Shown here: piece after piece, positions 39,851-53,259 of the stretch
Layout of the letters: every line of letters starts with the position of its first letter
Position numbering within the stretch: the first letter of the stretch is position 1
NCBI GenBank assembly: GCA_951406725.2
Contig: OX597819.1
Coordinates: 134,168,001-134,232,000 of the forward strand
Source: Octopus vulgaris
Taxonomy: Eukaryota
Direction of reading: 5' to 3'
DNA: 64,000 bases
Program-made: the position numbers and the translations under genes
Notes under the pieces: generated by a model
The model's database searches: none
The model's input: only the letters and a program-made list of their open reading frames with translations
What the model was told of the DNA's origin: nothing

Positions 39851-40499
39851 GCCGCTTCAGCGAAAAAGTGACGCCTACCTATTCAATAATCCTATTGCAG
39901 CAGATGGCAAAATATTAGTTCAGGGAGAAAACAATTGACGCCATGATGATATTTACCCCAATTGACCCTAAAGACAACCACCAGGTACTGCGAGTTGACT
40001 CTATCGAAAGTTTTGGCTTAATCCAAGTGAATCATGACATCATCGGAGCCACCATTATTATCTGCCTTCTTTACTGTGTTTGGTAGAGAGAGGAGGCTGC
40101 CATTGATAGATTTGTTAGGAATGGTAAATGTCTAAGACATGTCTCACCACACTACCGAAGACAAGTGCCAATCCCCTCACGAACACTCTGGCGAAAGTTT
40201 AATATTCGGTTTTCGTCAGTTATTCACCGAAAATTGTCGAGGATTTCCCTTTTGCTCATGTCTTCTCAGCAACATCATTTCACAGTTATCACATCTGAGA
40301 ATGTCCCCAGTTTGCTTCTTCACATTGCAATAAACATCTGCCAAAGGGAGGAATGAACACGTCTGATGTAAACCATTCAAATCAGCCGATTCGTCCTACG
40401 CAACCACTCACCACCAATCGTATCTCAACGACCGTTATATAGGTTTCTCGCAGTTTTAAGAGTTGCTGTAATTAATTGTAGGTTTATTTTTTCTAATGG

Positions 40500-41514
40500 T
40501 CTTAATGGTAACAGTGTTTGGTTACTAGTTTATTTTAACGACCCCTGAAATGAGACGCCAAAACATAGCTGAGTTGAATTCCGGGAGTGGCAGTAGCAAA
40601 CAATTGTTATTAAAACCGAAATGCACGTGGATCTTGACAGCGACCCATCAGCGACGACGCAGTGCGATGTCGACTGGCCGCCAAGAACCTGTGTTGCCGT
40701 CGTCCTGCTTGAGGGCCTCTCCTCACCGTCAGGCACGACTACGTGGACTACACAGCACCGACATTGGCGGTGTCAACAATGGTGGTCGATAGTCTTCTCT
40801 GACAAAATCCAGTAGTGTGTTTCCACTTCAGATGGCAGAGTGAGGATGTGACGTTGGAGGGGTGAACGCTACAGAGACGCATGTGTCATGGAAAGAGATA
40901 CGTGGGGTGTTATAGGTCTAAATCAGAGAACTGGGCCCCATGTTCAGGCAGAGGGAATGGCATCACAACGCAGCGTTACTACGTTGACCAGATCCTAAGA
41001 CCTCACATCGTGTTCTTCTTCGCGCATCACCATAGCCACGTGTTCCAGCAGGACAATACCTCCTCCCACACAGCCAGGGTCACCATGGACATCACAATTA
41101 TGTCCGGCTTTCAGTCCGGGCTTGAACGCAATTGAACACCTGTGGGATGAAATCCAGAGACGGCTGAATCAGGTGGTCCCAACGCCGACAACTCGTGTGG
41201 AACTGGAGGCAGCTTTCCTCAGGGCGTGGGCACTGGTGCCAATGGTTTTTGTGAACAGACGGTGTATGGTCATTTTGAACACCCAGTGAGGGCATACACG
41301 GTATTGAACATGTCACGCCCTACAATATCTATGTGCTGGATCCGCCCACAAGGACCCATAGACTGTGGTCAAAGTGCATCCAAGAAATTGATTTTATCAG
41401 ATTTATCAAAATTCGTCTCTGACATAATGAAATTAAAACGTATTTCCCAGTCACACACGTCCCGCGTTTTTTTTTTTTTTTTTCTTGGTTTTTTCATTTT
41501 TGCGGTTCAGTGTA
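40500..41514 (+). mobile_element. Degraded Tc1-like (DD34E) transposon
   Basis: WSIVFSDK, SDGRVR..RGERY, YVDQILRPHIV, FQQDNTSSHTA, IEHLWDEIQRRL. The right end ...ttttgcggttcagtg|TA is present. The left TIR was not found. Confidence 0.8.
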
Positions 41515-42303
41515 ACTGAAAGTAAAGAACATGGCCTACCGTGTTACAACTAACTTTGAAAAATCTACAGTTGTAGCTAATATCAATGACAATCTAATAC
41601 TTCTTACAAAATAATGGTTTTCAATTTTGATAAAAGGCCCCAAATTTGTTCATTCCAACTTTGTTAGTTTAGATATTTCTGTGACATTTTACCCTGGGAC
41701 ATCAAATTCACAGCAGTTTACCATGAAGAAAAACATTGTTGCTTATCGTTAAAGGGGGGGGGGTCCTTATCTACCCAGTATCTCTCTTAAATGGACTCTA
41801 AGATGCGTTTCTTGCTCCTTGGCCTTCCTCAGAAGATACCGAACAGCGATAACACTGAAGCTGTAGCTTATCTGAGAAATAAATGAACTCCTCATCACTT
41901 CTACAACCATATTTCTGTATACAGCCTTATAATCTGCCTAGGGTTATATCTCTTCAGTATCTATTTCTGAGGAAGGCGATGGAGAGAGAGAGACTGAGCA
42001 GATAAGCTGTTTTACACCTTTTACCATAAAGGAGAATTTTTTTCTCCACAGTAAACTGTCGTGAAATTACCTTGAGAAGTTAAAATATATCACAAATATA
42101 TTTAAACTAACCTAAAGTTCGTGTATTTCTCATCACTACGCAGCACTGATACAATTGTTTTTGTTCATTGCAGCTGCCTAGTTTATAGATGTTAGAGAGT
42201 AAAGTCGTCGGCCATAGCCGAACTGGAATACACAACGTACGAAATTAAATGCCATAATCGATTTTATCAGACAACCTACCCTGTTGTTTCTGCCACTCCC
42301 TTG

Positions 42304-42337
<34 letters not shown>

Positions 42338-43105
42338 CAGGGCATCCTTTTAGGTGATAGTAAAAAGTAACACGAGTAAATTTTGTTTACTTTATTTTCA
42401 GCTCATAATTATTACCAGACTTCTTCTTGAAAGAGGAATCTACAAAACCGACGTTTCGGCCAAAAACATCTACTTTGAGACGACTTTATAATTTCTCTTC
42501 TGTCTTTGCTCACGGATGAAAAAGTATTTTCCACTAATATTATAATAATCACTAAACAGCGGTTATAAGTCGTAGCATTCATTCCGAGCTGTAATTTTAC
42601 TGATATTGCCATTCAAGAAGGTGTAAATCTAATCTCATTTTCCCTCCTTATAAACCTTGTAGCTTCATAACAAAACCATAAAGTTAGACTATTAATATTC
42701 GGTGACGATCAGGGGTGAAACCACAGTCGGTACTTGTGTAGAAAATATGAATTAACGAAAACTAATTATCGTGTCACAAACGTGAGAAAAAGAAATATGT
42801 GTAAGTTGAGTACATCGTGACCGAGAATGGTATAAAACCTGATGCCTATAAAATATTACATATGAAAGACAAAAACCTAACGACAAAATACAAGAAATAG
42901 ATCTAATAAATCAAAAATATATGACGGCAGCTACAAAAATGGACAGTGGTTACCTAAATGAACAAACGTGTGTGTGTGTGTTAATATACGAGGTAGCACT
43001 GTCACGAATTCAAATCATTAAACAAAAGTGAAATGTAGTTCTATATTGAAGAGATGAGGAATTATTTACATTTGATGGATATTTGTCCTCATCTTGTTTG
43101 TTGTT

Positions 43106-43151
43106 AACACAACGTTTCGGCTGATATACCCTCCAGCCTTCATCAGGTGTC
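43106..43151 (-). ncRNA. Minimal type-I hammerhead ribozyme (Penelope-type)
   Basis: gacac CTGATGA a ggctg-gagggtatat-cagcc GAAA cgtt gtgtt. Stem I gacac/gtgtt, stem II ggctg/cagcc, palindromic AACGTT stem III. Confidence 0.75.
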
Positions 43152-43214
43152 TTGGCGAAATTTCGAACCTATGTTCTCATTCCTAAGGTATTTTTCGATA
43201 TTATTATTATTATT

Positions 43215-43693
43215 GAGTGAGAGAGCAGTGCATGCCACCAAAGTGACAAGTACATGCATCACAACCAAATGTGCGCGACATGGTTTTCTCATATCAAGAT
43301 AAACAGCACATAACCTTGCAGGTGGGACCCAGTTAGAATTTTCTTCAGGTTGAGTAACCCATCCAGCTCAAAAGGTCCCTGAATAAGGATTGTTTAAGGA
43401 TGTTGAACAAACCACCCATGTTTCCAAAGGTGAAATATCTAAACCTCCAACACACGGCTATGATGCTCCCCCACTACTTCTGTTTGTGGTCAGAGATACA
43501 CATATTGTCAGCCACAAAGGGACATGCTCAACTGGTTAAGGTCAAACAACTGACAAGCAAATCTGTGGTATTGAGCAGAATATTTGCTGTAGCCCATCTT
43601 TTATACCAAGAAAAAACAATGTACATGATAATACTTCCAATCAGTTAAGATCAGAAGCCATGAGAGCCACTGTCTTGTACTGCATCAGGGCAT
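43215..43693 (+). mobile_element. Unclassified non-coding interspersed repeat nested in (ATT)n
   Basis: Bounded by (TAT)n on both sides. Its 3' part recurs in reverse complement at 29672-29750. Confidence 0.65.
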
Positions 43694-43715
43694 TTATTAT
43701 TATTATTGTTGTTGT

Positions 43716-43794
43716 TCAGGTCACTTCTTGGAATCGAACTCGGAATCTTGGGGTTAGTAGCCCGCGCTCTTAACCACTACGCCATATGCCCGTG
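43716..43794 (-). other. tRNA-derived head (Pol III A/B boxes) of the HHR element
   Basis: gggcata TGGCGTAGTGG ttaagagc gcgggc tactaa cccc aagattcc GAGTTCGATTCC aagaagtgacc. The cloverleaf is imperfect, with an ACT anticodon-like triplet. Confidence 0.75.
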
Positions 43795-43833
43795 CCCACG
43801 GGCATATGGCGTAGTGGTTCGAAATTTCCCCGA

Positions 43834-43879
43834 GATACCTGAAGAAGGCTGGGGGGTATATCAGCCAAAACGTTGTGTT
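43834..43879 (+). ncRNA. Second hammerhead copy, core mutated
   Basis: gatac CTGAAGA a ggctg...cagcc AAAA cgttgtgtt. The GAAA box is changed to AAAA. Confidence 0.55.
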
Positions 43880-46800
43880 AACAACAAACGAGATGAGGAC
43901 AAATATCCGTCAAATGTAAATAATGTAAATAAAAGTGAAATGTGTTCATTAGAAAGTGGCTAGGCCTACCTCGGATATTGAACAGTTCAACTCTCTACCG
44001 TAAAAGAGGCTCGTTGCAGTTACCACTGGTGTCAATAGTTGAAATTTATAAACTAGGGAAGGTACGAAAGGTGATGATGCTGAGAGAGTCGAAGGACATA
44101 GAAATCAGGCGTAATCCACCAGATGTAAAAACGGCCAAGAAGTTGAAAGCAGGGGCAGAGACTGATGACATTCTGTCTTGTCTTACACACCGAGATATGG
44201 AGGGTGCAACGCAAATTCATCGGAAGGGACTTGGTTTTGGCGCAGATTGATTCAGACCGTTTGCAAGTATGATGCGGAGCGAACGTAGATCTGTTGTTAG
44301 CAACAGCATCAAAACAAGGGAAACAGAGGGAAGAGAGCTCCATTTGATCCACTGCACTCAGCAAGGATAGATGACGAGATGTTGAGAGAAAAATAAGTTG
44401 GAATGAGATATGGAGGTGGAGTACAGCTCTAAATTTTCTGATTCGTTCATCCTATGATGTCTTGCCATCACCTACAAATCTAGTAAGAATGATATATGCA
44501 AATGCGGCAAGATCGGAACACTGAAACATGTTCTTTCCAACTGTTCACTGGCATTGAAGAGATATACATGGAGACGCAACTTGGTCCTTAAGGTTGTCTT
44601 CAATGCTATAAAGAACTAAATTACTCTCATCAATAGTGGAAAAAGACCATTTAAAGAACCGACCAGAGATTTCATTACCTTCGTGCGCTCAGGACAGCAG
44701 ATCCGTTTCAGGAAGAAACTTCCTGTGAGCGATGAAAAGTGGAACGGCTATTGGGGGGTGGCTGTAGATTTACCGGGGTGCTTAGGATTCTTTCCCAACC
44801 CAGTTACGGAAAAACCTAATGTTTTAACGTAGTGTGAAAGAAAGTGGTGAATCTATCCGAATTAATGGTTTCTCATGAAGATTTCATGGACGCCTCTCGG
44901 GCTCGAAAGACTGACCGTTATGTAAACCTCCTCGAGGAATGTGAAGTTGGATGTAGAGGATTCGTTGGACACAGTGTGAGGTAACTGTTGTTATAGTTAG
45001 GCCTAACTAATCGTAAAGTAAATACCACCAAGACCGATATCAGTGGAGAAGGCTAGTCGCTGGATTTGGTTAAAAAAAGACGATGAACGATGGCTAGAGG
45101 AATATTGAGCTTTATTTGATAATCAGTTGATCTAGCAAGTGGGAGCCTCATATTAGGGAAGGGGGCCAGTGCACAATGATGCCGTAGATAGATAGGCCCC
45201 AAAACCGCTTGCTGACTTCCGGTATGCGGAGCTTTCGACTGGCAGCACTTGCATGTGAAAGTTGTTTGCAAAACATAGACAGACAGACAGACGGATGGAT
45301 GGATATAATGATGTCTGTACGTCTACACTAAAAATAACCTTTTGTATTTTCATTGTCCAACCCAACTGGCTGAAGGCTTCTATTCATTTCCTGGTAATTC
45401 CTGTAAGATAATATTACAGAGCTTCTATGTAACTGAACGTATTTGTTCAATACACGCAAACTTTAAAAGTCTCAGTAGACACTGACTGCCATTCCTTATT
45501 TCCTCTCCCGCTGCAAGTCTACAAATAGGTTGGCCCATGGTGCTGCTCTCTAAGAACTCTTGGGTTTCAGTTGTAGCAAAACTCCAGCCAAAACTCCAAA
45601 TGGTTCTCCTGTTTGTATTCTATCATTGATATTGCAGTGTGTTGTTAGATGCAGATGACTATTCGTTGCCAAAACCACTTCATCGTGGTAAAATCACGGC
45701 TGAAACCGGTGGAGTGATGTATTGTTGCCGAGTGTTTCATTAATTTGTAAGATTGAGACCGAAATCCATGCGCGATCTGTAAGATGTAAAGAAATGCAAT
45801 TCTATCAGTCTTTTCTTGAATAAGTAAATACAAATCTAGCCTTTGATATAACTCACTGACTGCAAAACTATTACTACTGCTACTACTTTTAATTTTTCGC
45901 GCTAATTTACTAATTTTACTTTCCAAAACTTTAATCAGATTAATTGAACTGGTGTCATAAAATGTTTTGTCTCATCTTCGAAGCATTCGAAGGCCACCGT
46001 CAATGAGGAAGATGTGTATGACACAACACTGGACTATATATTTTAATATATTCTAGCGTTTTGAGGCATCGCAAATAACATTTAACGACCTCGTTCTCTC
46101 TTATTCACAGAAACGTTAATAATGACATAGCAAATCTAGCGGAAGAAATAGCAACGTCACATGTGCGTGTGTGTTGAAGCAAAATTGATATCTAAAATGT
46201 GTTTACATACATTCACATGTGTATTTCCGCGTTTATAGAGATTCCTGTTTAAATGCATGAACAAATTACAAAGCTTTCAAATGATTTTAGAAGAATGTTT
46301 GTCTGACATCGGTTCACATTTCGTATTCTGAGGAAAATTTTGAAAAAGTATTTTTATGGAGTGTTTCTGCATTTGCGCTGCTGTCAAAAAGTTATTACAT
46401 TATAAAAGCTGGAATACACACACAAAAAAGTTTTACGCTGAAATCTCCAGAATATCATAGCTAGTTGTTTATTGGTAACGATTCCATTAACAAACTACAT
46501 TTTTAGTTCTGTTGCTGACGTTGATGGGAAACGTTGCTGATTACATCACTTAACACGATGCTATTGACGCTTATTAAGATTTGGATTTGAATGAGCGTTG
46601 AGACCATACAATATAAGTTTGTATTTTTATATAAAACAAAATGAATCACCTTTTAATATTTCCAGCTGAAAATGCTCCTTAGCATCACAATTTCCAGCCA
46701 AGCGAAGTAACACCTCTGCCTATTACATGACTAGTTTCTGTAAGTAACGTTGACATATCTAGTGGGGGAAAGCACAGTTCTCTCTTTTCCGCGAGGTTTT

Positions 46801-47969
46801 CGAATCTTCCCTTTTCTGATTTGAGGTTCGAAAGTGGCCCATGAAATTTTTAGAATAACTCATGATCTCGGCGAGATCCAGATGCATTTAAAATTGTTGT
46901 AATTGTCTTGTATGAAGTGTTAAATCTAAATATCAATAAATGCAAGTTTATTGAACATAAACAGTAAACCTTCATTTTAGATAATGCGAGCTTTCCAGTT
47001 GAAAAATGAATTCCTTCGCGAACAGAAAGCTTATATCATTCATACATCTGAATCAGATGTAGTTTTAGAGATCAGGAGATAAATAACTCTTAAAGAATTA
47101 ACTGTTTATTGTTAGTAAAATCCATAAAATCCATTTTAGCAAATGAAAACAGTATTATAATAGTCAACTGTATCATTTAACTCTAAGCAACAATTTAGTC
47201 ATGAATTCGAAGCTCGTGATATGCATGGTACAACACATGCGTGAGACTCGATTTTGAGAAAGCATGATAGCGCAATGGTTAAGAGCAACATCAACGTCAA
47301 ACCACAACAAATTCCATTGATTATAAACCATAAATTACACGAATATTAAGGATATTGCTAAATATAGAACTTAGTCATATTCTTTTAAATATATGTTTCT
47401 TTAAACAAATGGCAGATGAAAATGAAAGTAGAATTTGAAATTGAGGAATATAATGGTCCACTGTATTTTCAGAAATTAAATGTCCTTCTTCACTCTGTCT
47501 TGTTTTTTTATGTTGACTTCACGAGTAAAGGGCGGGGTTGTCTTTTGTGTTTCCTCTGATTGTTTGAAAACTTTCTTCCATACCTATTATCTCTTCTTTA
47601 TCCCCCGACAATAGAGTGGCACCACTGGCTGCTACTATTAGGGGACAACTTGTTTTCTTGTCTGAATATTGGCGATTTCCTCCGCTATTTCAACAGTTGT
47701 AGCTCTTGATTCACTGAAAGCGGCAGCTTTTAAGTTTCGCTTACCCAAATTTACAAATTTGGGTGTCCCAATCGTTTGAAGACTTCGATATAACATCATG
47801 CCAGCCTATGCCGGGTTTGTGGACCCTACTAACATGTATTTGCTTGCAATCATGTTTGTTTTGTTGCTATATTGTTGATCTATTGTTTTTTTTACTCTTG
47901 CATGTAATAGCACTCTTTCGTCCACACACATATACATACCACGAGTGCATGTGTTTGTATGTGTACCTG

Positions 47970-48006
<37 letters not shown>

Positions 48007-48208
48007 ATAGATCTGTAGATCAGTTCTCTCAATGTCACTTATCCAAATCTTAAATTTAGTTCAGGTATAAATTCCACTCTAAGTTACTTAGAGCAAAACA
48101 GCCTCTTCCCGGCTGTCAGACAAGAAACATCTCTTTTACTCTATCCCTCAATCTCAGACAAGTAAATAGCAGTTCTCTCTCTCTCTATTATATAGTATAT
48201 AATATATT

Positions 48209-48270
<62 letters not shown>
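48209..48270. repeat. (CA)n(TA)n microsatellite
   Basis: Seen directly. It is the left flank of a CR1. Confidence 0.95.
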
Positions 48271-48274
<4 letters not shown>

Positions 48275-51200
48275 AAATCCATTTTAGCCAATGAAAACAG
48301 TATTATAATAGTCAAGGAACGGAGCCCTCGCCCCATTAGAAAACCAGAAGAAAAAAGTTCCCACCACAAGAAAAGGAAGGACGGAAAACAAAAATAAAGA
48401 AGTAAAGGAAGGAAAAGCAAAACAAACAAAACCGAAACCAACCCACCAAACAAACAATAGAAAACCCCATAGAGGATCCAATGCCATCCAAAACCCTACA
48501 GGAAAGAAGAAATCTGGAAGGTATCCAAGAACCTGCAAATTTTAACTGCAAAGCAAATGTTGGCATGAGGAGGACGGAGAAAACTGCCGTTTGCCCACCC
48601 GACACCCCGCCAGAACTACAGGGGCCTTAAAGAGAAAAACTTCACTGAGGAAAGACAACAATTGTCTCCAAAGAAAAAAATATACAAAAGAAGTGTGCTC
48701 TTCAGAGGTTATGCACAAGGCAGCAGCTGAGCAAGAGTCTTTTTGTACATGGCACAGAAGATTGTACACCAGCTGACCTGGCTACACCAAGCGCAAACAA
48801 GGAGCCTTGCCCACCACTGCGTAAGACCACCAAAGTTAACAGACACGGGATGGCCTCCACTAACGCCTGCACAGTCGTCACACCTATACTTTTACTAAAT
48901 ATTGGGGGCCTGTTGCATCATAACAAGAGCAAAATTTCTTTCCTGAGAGACCTTGCTGCATGCAATCAAGCCCTATGCATAGCACTTGTGGAAACTCACC
49001 TCAGCCCAAATATAGAGGATGCAGAAGTACATGTACCAAAAGATGCCATACTGCGAACAGACAGAAGGGAAAAGAGCCATGGTGGAGTTGCTGTATACAT
49101 CCGTGATGACCTCATACCCCAGGTCTTACTGTCATACTCAAATTCGGTATGTGACACTCTAATTGTATACATAAGACAACATAATATAGTCATATGCAAT
49201 ACATTTTGCCCACCGGATGCTCTAAACCACCTAGGCAAGTTTGAAGATTGCCTCACAAGAATTAAAGAAATTCTCCTGAATCAGGAACACCACGTGAGAA
49301 TATTTCTTATGGGTGATTTCAACTTCCCCAACGTCAAATGGCCTGAAGGTCTCATACTCTCAGGAATGAATCATTGAAAGCAAGTACAGGTGGAGTCCCT
49401 GCTCAACCTCACCAACGCCTTATTCATGGAGCAAGTTGTACTCAAACCAACTAGGGCGAATAACATTCTGGATCTCTGCTTTACGAACAATATGGACATC
49501 ATTCATGATGTGAAAGTGACACCGACATCAGTTTCGGATCACAACATAATAGAGCTGTCTATGTTTGGGCCGAAAGTACCCAGAGACATACAGCCTAAAG
49601 GAAGCACCCAAAATCTCTCCAATCTGAACTTCCACAAAGCAGATTGGAAATCGATCCAAAAAGAGATCCTCAGAGAGGACTGGCCGAAATTTCTCTCTAC
49701 ACCAGACATTGACATGAAACTAGAATGTTTCATGTCTTCTGTGCAAGCCGTATGCCAGAAATATGTCCCAGAGCCCAAGGCCAAAACAAATAGGAGCAAG
49801 ATTCCAAGAGACAGGAAGATCCTCATGAGACGACGGACGAAGGTTGCAAGTCGTCTCAACCAACATCCCAAAAGTAGCGAAACGTCTCGCCTAAAAACAA
49901 CGCTGATGGAGATCGGAAAAAGGCTGCAACAATCCTATGTGAGGGAGAAAGCAGACAAAGAAGCCTGGGTTATAAAAAACATTAAATCAAACCCAAAGGC
50001 CTTCTTTCATTACGCGAAAGAAACAGTCTCAGTGCACTACAAGATAAGACCCCTCCTCCAAAAGGATGGCTCCCTCACAGACAGTCCAACTAAGATCAGT
50101 GAGATGCTGAATGACCAGTTCAAAAGTGTCTTTACCACCCCGTTGGAACACAGACAAGTGAACGAACCAGTGGACTTCTTTGCCGCCTCACCTGGAGGCG
50201 GTTACAATAGAATGTATTGACATTAGCGAAGAAGATCCTACTAGCCATAGATGAAATGGACACAAACTCAACTGCTGGTCCAGATGGTTTCCCAGCAATC
50301 CCCCTCAAAGCGTGTAAGCATGCCCTGGCAAAACCCCTCAAGATTCTCTTCCAGAGCTTTCTTACAAATGGCAAACTGCCAAGCAAGCTGAAGGAGGGAA
50401 TAATATACCCTATACATAAAGGGGGAAGTAGAGCAGATGCCAAAAACTATAGGCCAATCTGACTTCACACATCAGCAAAGTCATGGAACGAATAGTCAGA
50501 AAGAAACTAATTGCATTCCTTGAGGAAAATAACTTGCTGAGTGATACCCAGCATGGTTTTCGACCAGGTAGGAGCTGCCTGACCCAGCTCTTACAACATT
50601 ATGACTGGGTGTTGAGGCAGTTACTCTACAAATCAAATGTGGACGTAATCTACCTTGATTTTGCAAAAGCTTTTGACAAGGTGGATCATGGTATGATATG
50701 CCACAAACTACGTGACCTCGGCATAGCTGGAAAACTTGGAGTGTGGTTACATGACTTCCTGAAAGATAGGAGTCAGGCAGTAGTGGTTAATGGAGCCACC
50801 TCTATGAACGCACAAATAGTGAGCGGTGTTCCACAGGGCACTGTCTTGGGACCACTGCTTTTTATAGTGGCCCTCTCAGATATGCCCTCAAATGCCCGGA
50901 TAGCCACTCTGGCCAGCTATGCAGACGATACGAAAGTCTCGCAGAAAATACAGAACCCCAGCGATGTTGCACACCTGCAGCAGGAATTGGACTCAATCTA
51001 CAGATGGGCTGAGGATAATAATATGCAGTTTAATGCTGAAAGATTCCAGGCCCTGCGCTACCAGCATCCAAAACTGAATATTAAACTTACAGGATACACC
51101 GGTCCACGGAATTTCAATCCCAGAGCCTAAGTCTGTGAGGGACCTGGGTATCGACATGAGTGAGGATACTTCTTTCCAAGTGCACGTTACCAGGATGGCG

Positions 51201-51820
51201 ACAAAGTGCAGACGACTGGCTGGATGGATCCTAAAAACATTCAGAACCAGAGATAAGGAAACCATGATGGTCCTCTGGCGGACATTCGTCCTCAGACGCC
51301 TGGATTACTGCTCACAGCTATGGTCACTCACCAGTGTAAAATTAACAGCGGACCTTGAAGCAATCCAGAGAAGATTCACAAAGAAGATCGTCTCTTTGGA
51401 ACAGCTCAGCTACTGGGAAAGGTTGAAACAGCTAAGACTCTACTCCCTGGAGAGAAAACGGGAGAGGTATGCAATAATATATGTCTGGAAGATCCGGAAG
51501 GAATTGTGCCAAATTTTGTCTTTGTAAGCTACACCAATGCTAGAACGGGACGACACTGCATAGTGCCAAAGATCCCAGCAATGCCATCACGCTTCAGGAC
51601 CAGCTTCTGAAACAGCCTGTGTTTCAAGGGCCCACAGCTTTTTAATATTCTCCCAAAAGAGTCTGAGGAACTTGCACGAAGTAGATGTAGCGGTTTTTAA
51701 ATTAAAGCTGGACATCTTCCTGTCGAGAGTCCCAGATGAACCTACCTCACGGCAAGAGGTGCAAATGAGAGTAGCTATGTCAAACTCCATTCTTCACCAA
51801 GTGCCACATATTAGAGGAGG

Positions 51821-51823
<3 letters not shown>
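48271..51823 (+). mobile_element. CR1-group LINE, near-complete ORF2 (APE plus RT), inactivated
   Basis: APE motifs LLNIGGL, LVETHL, RTDR..HGGVAVYI, MGDFNFP, PTRANNILDL, SDHN. RT motifs [45 protein letters not shown]. Several stops and frameshifts. Flanked by (TA)n on both sides. Confidence 0.93.

Positions 51824-51876
<53 letters not shown>
51824..51876. repeat. (TA)n microsatellite
   Basis: Seen directly. Confidence 0.97.
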
Positions 51877-51880
<4 letters not shown>

Positions 51881-52021
51881 TAGAAATGGAAACAAGATAA
51901 TAAAATTTAATAATTAAATACTTTAATCATTACATGATTAATTATTGGTCGTTCATTAAAATGTTATTTACATATGTAAGTAACCAGTAAGTTCTTTGGA
52001 TATCTGATATCCCTTAGATTG

Positions 52022-52052
<31 letters not shown>

Positions 52053-52792
52053 CGAAGATATATATATGCGTATAGATGTCTATATAGGTATGCATATATT
52101 TAACTGTATATGTTTGTGTATAAACATATGTGTGTGTGTGTGTGCGTGTGTATACTTATATAAGACGATCTTGTTGCGGTTGGAGTGCAGTAACCACATA
52201 ACAAGGTTCAAACCCGTCGCCTATTCCAAATGACAAGAAAAGATAGAATCGAAACGAACGTCGTTCAGATATTTGTGAAAATATTGAACTTTGGCGATTC
52301 CTGCTGTTGTTGGTTTTAATTAATTCAAAAATGTAGCGGAAACGAAAGAAAAGCAACATTGAAAACAAGAGAAAAGATAATGAAATTATTAAAACAAAAT
52401 TTATCTTCAGATAATTTTTTCGTCACCAAAACCTGGTAAATCGTTTTGAAGTCAAGGAAGAAATAGTTGGAATCCATTCAAGACCAAAAGTTGTCTCCAT
52501 TCGTTTCTCGTCTGGTGTCAAATGAAAACGTAATTTTTCTCGCGCGTGCTCATTTAATATCTTAATTGCTTTCCTTTGTCGTTTAGTATTGTGTCAAAAA
52601 AAAGAACAATGGTGCGCTCACCTTGCAATTGGAAAATACACTTCGAAAGGATGTGTGCGAATTATCTCGAAGACAAGTGACGAAAAAAAATCATTCCACT
52701 TAAATAAACAAACGACAGTGACAATGTGGCAGCCATCAGCCACATCCAGAGTTTTAGTTCTTATATCAAAGCAGTTATTCATAGATTTGTAG

Positions 52793-52832
<40 letters not shown>

Positions 52833-52972
52833 ACAAACACACACACACACATATATATGTAGACGAAACACTATTATACTCTTGTATAAGTGTATTTGTG
52901 TATGTATGTATTTTATGTTCTGTAAGTGTGATTAGGTTTATACATGTGTACCAAAAAGTGTCCTCTGGTCTC

Positions 52973-53012
<40 letters not shown>

Positions 53013-53259
53013 GTGACAAGCTGTGTATCAGCGAATATACAATTCCATGTCACATGTATTTATAATGGATATAGGCATGTATGAATCTATTGATGAACAT
53101 TTTATTCTATAGTACATATATATACTTCACTATCCTCAATAATGATCTTTATAGATGAAAATATGTCTATAGGTTCAATTTAGTAAATTCTGTATCATTT
53201 CAATACTTACATTTACACTTAAAGACCAATTTAGGAGCCTGATAAATGAACCATAACTG

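Larger units (their letters stand above)
43037..43930 (-). mobile_element. Non-autonomous tRNA-head plus hammerhead retroelement with inverted partial copy and 13-bp TSD
   Basis: TSD aaaagtgaaatgt at 43024-43036 and 43931-43943. Inverted homology between ~43062-43170 and ~43816-43924. Central 23-bp perfect palindrome. Confidence 0.8.
42981..45275 (+). mobile_element. Hero-clade (R2-group, REL endonuclease) LINE 3' half, degraded and interrupted at 43036
   Basis: LIYEVALSRIQIIKQK*N|VFIRKWLGLPRILNSSTLY is continuous across the insertion. Later motifs are FLIRSSYDVLPSPTNL, CKCGKIGTLKHVLSNC..RYTWRRNLVL and EVGCRGFVG. Confidence 0.8.

Noticed and set aside
43716-43794. Functional tRNA gene with an ACT anticodon
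   Set aside because: The acceptor and anticodon stems are imperfect, there is no poly-T terminator, and it is embedded in a TSD-bounded repeat. Treated as a SINE-like head.
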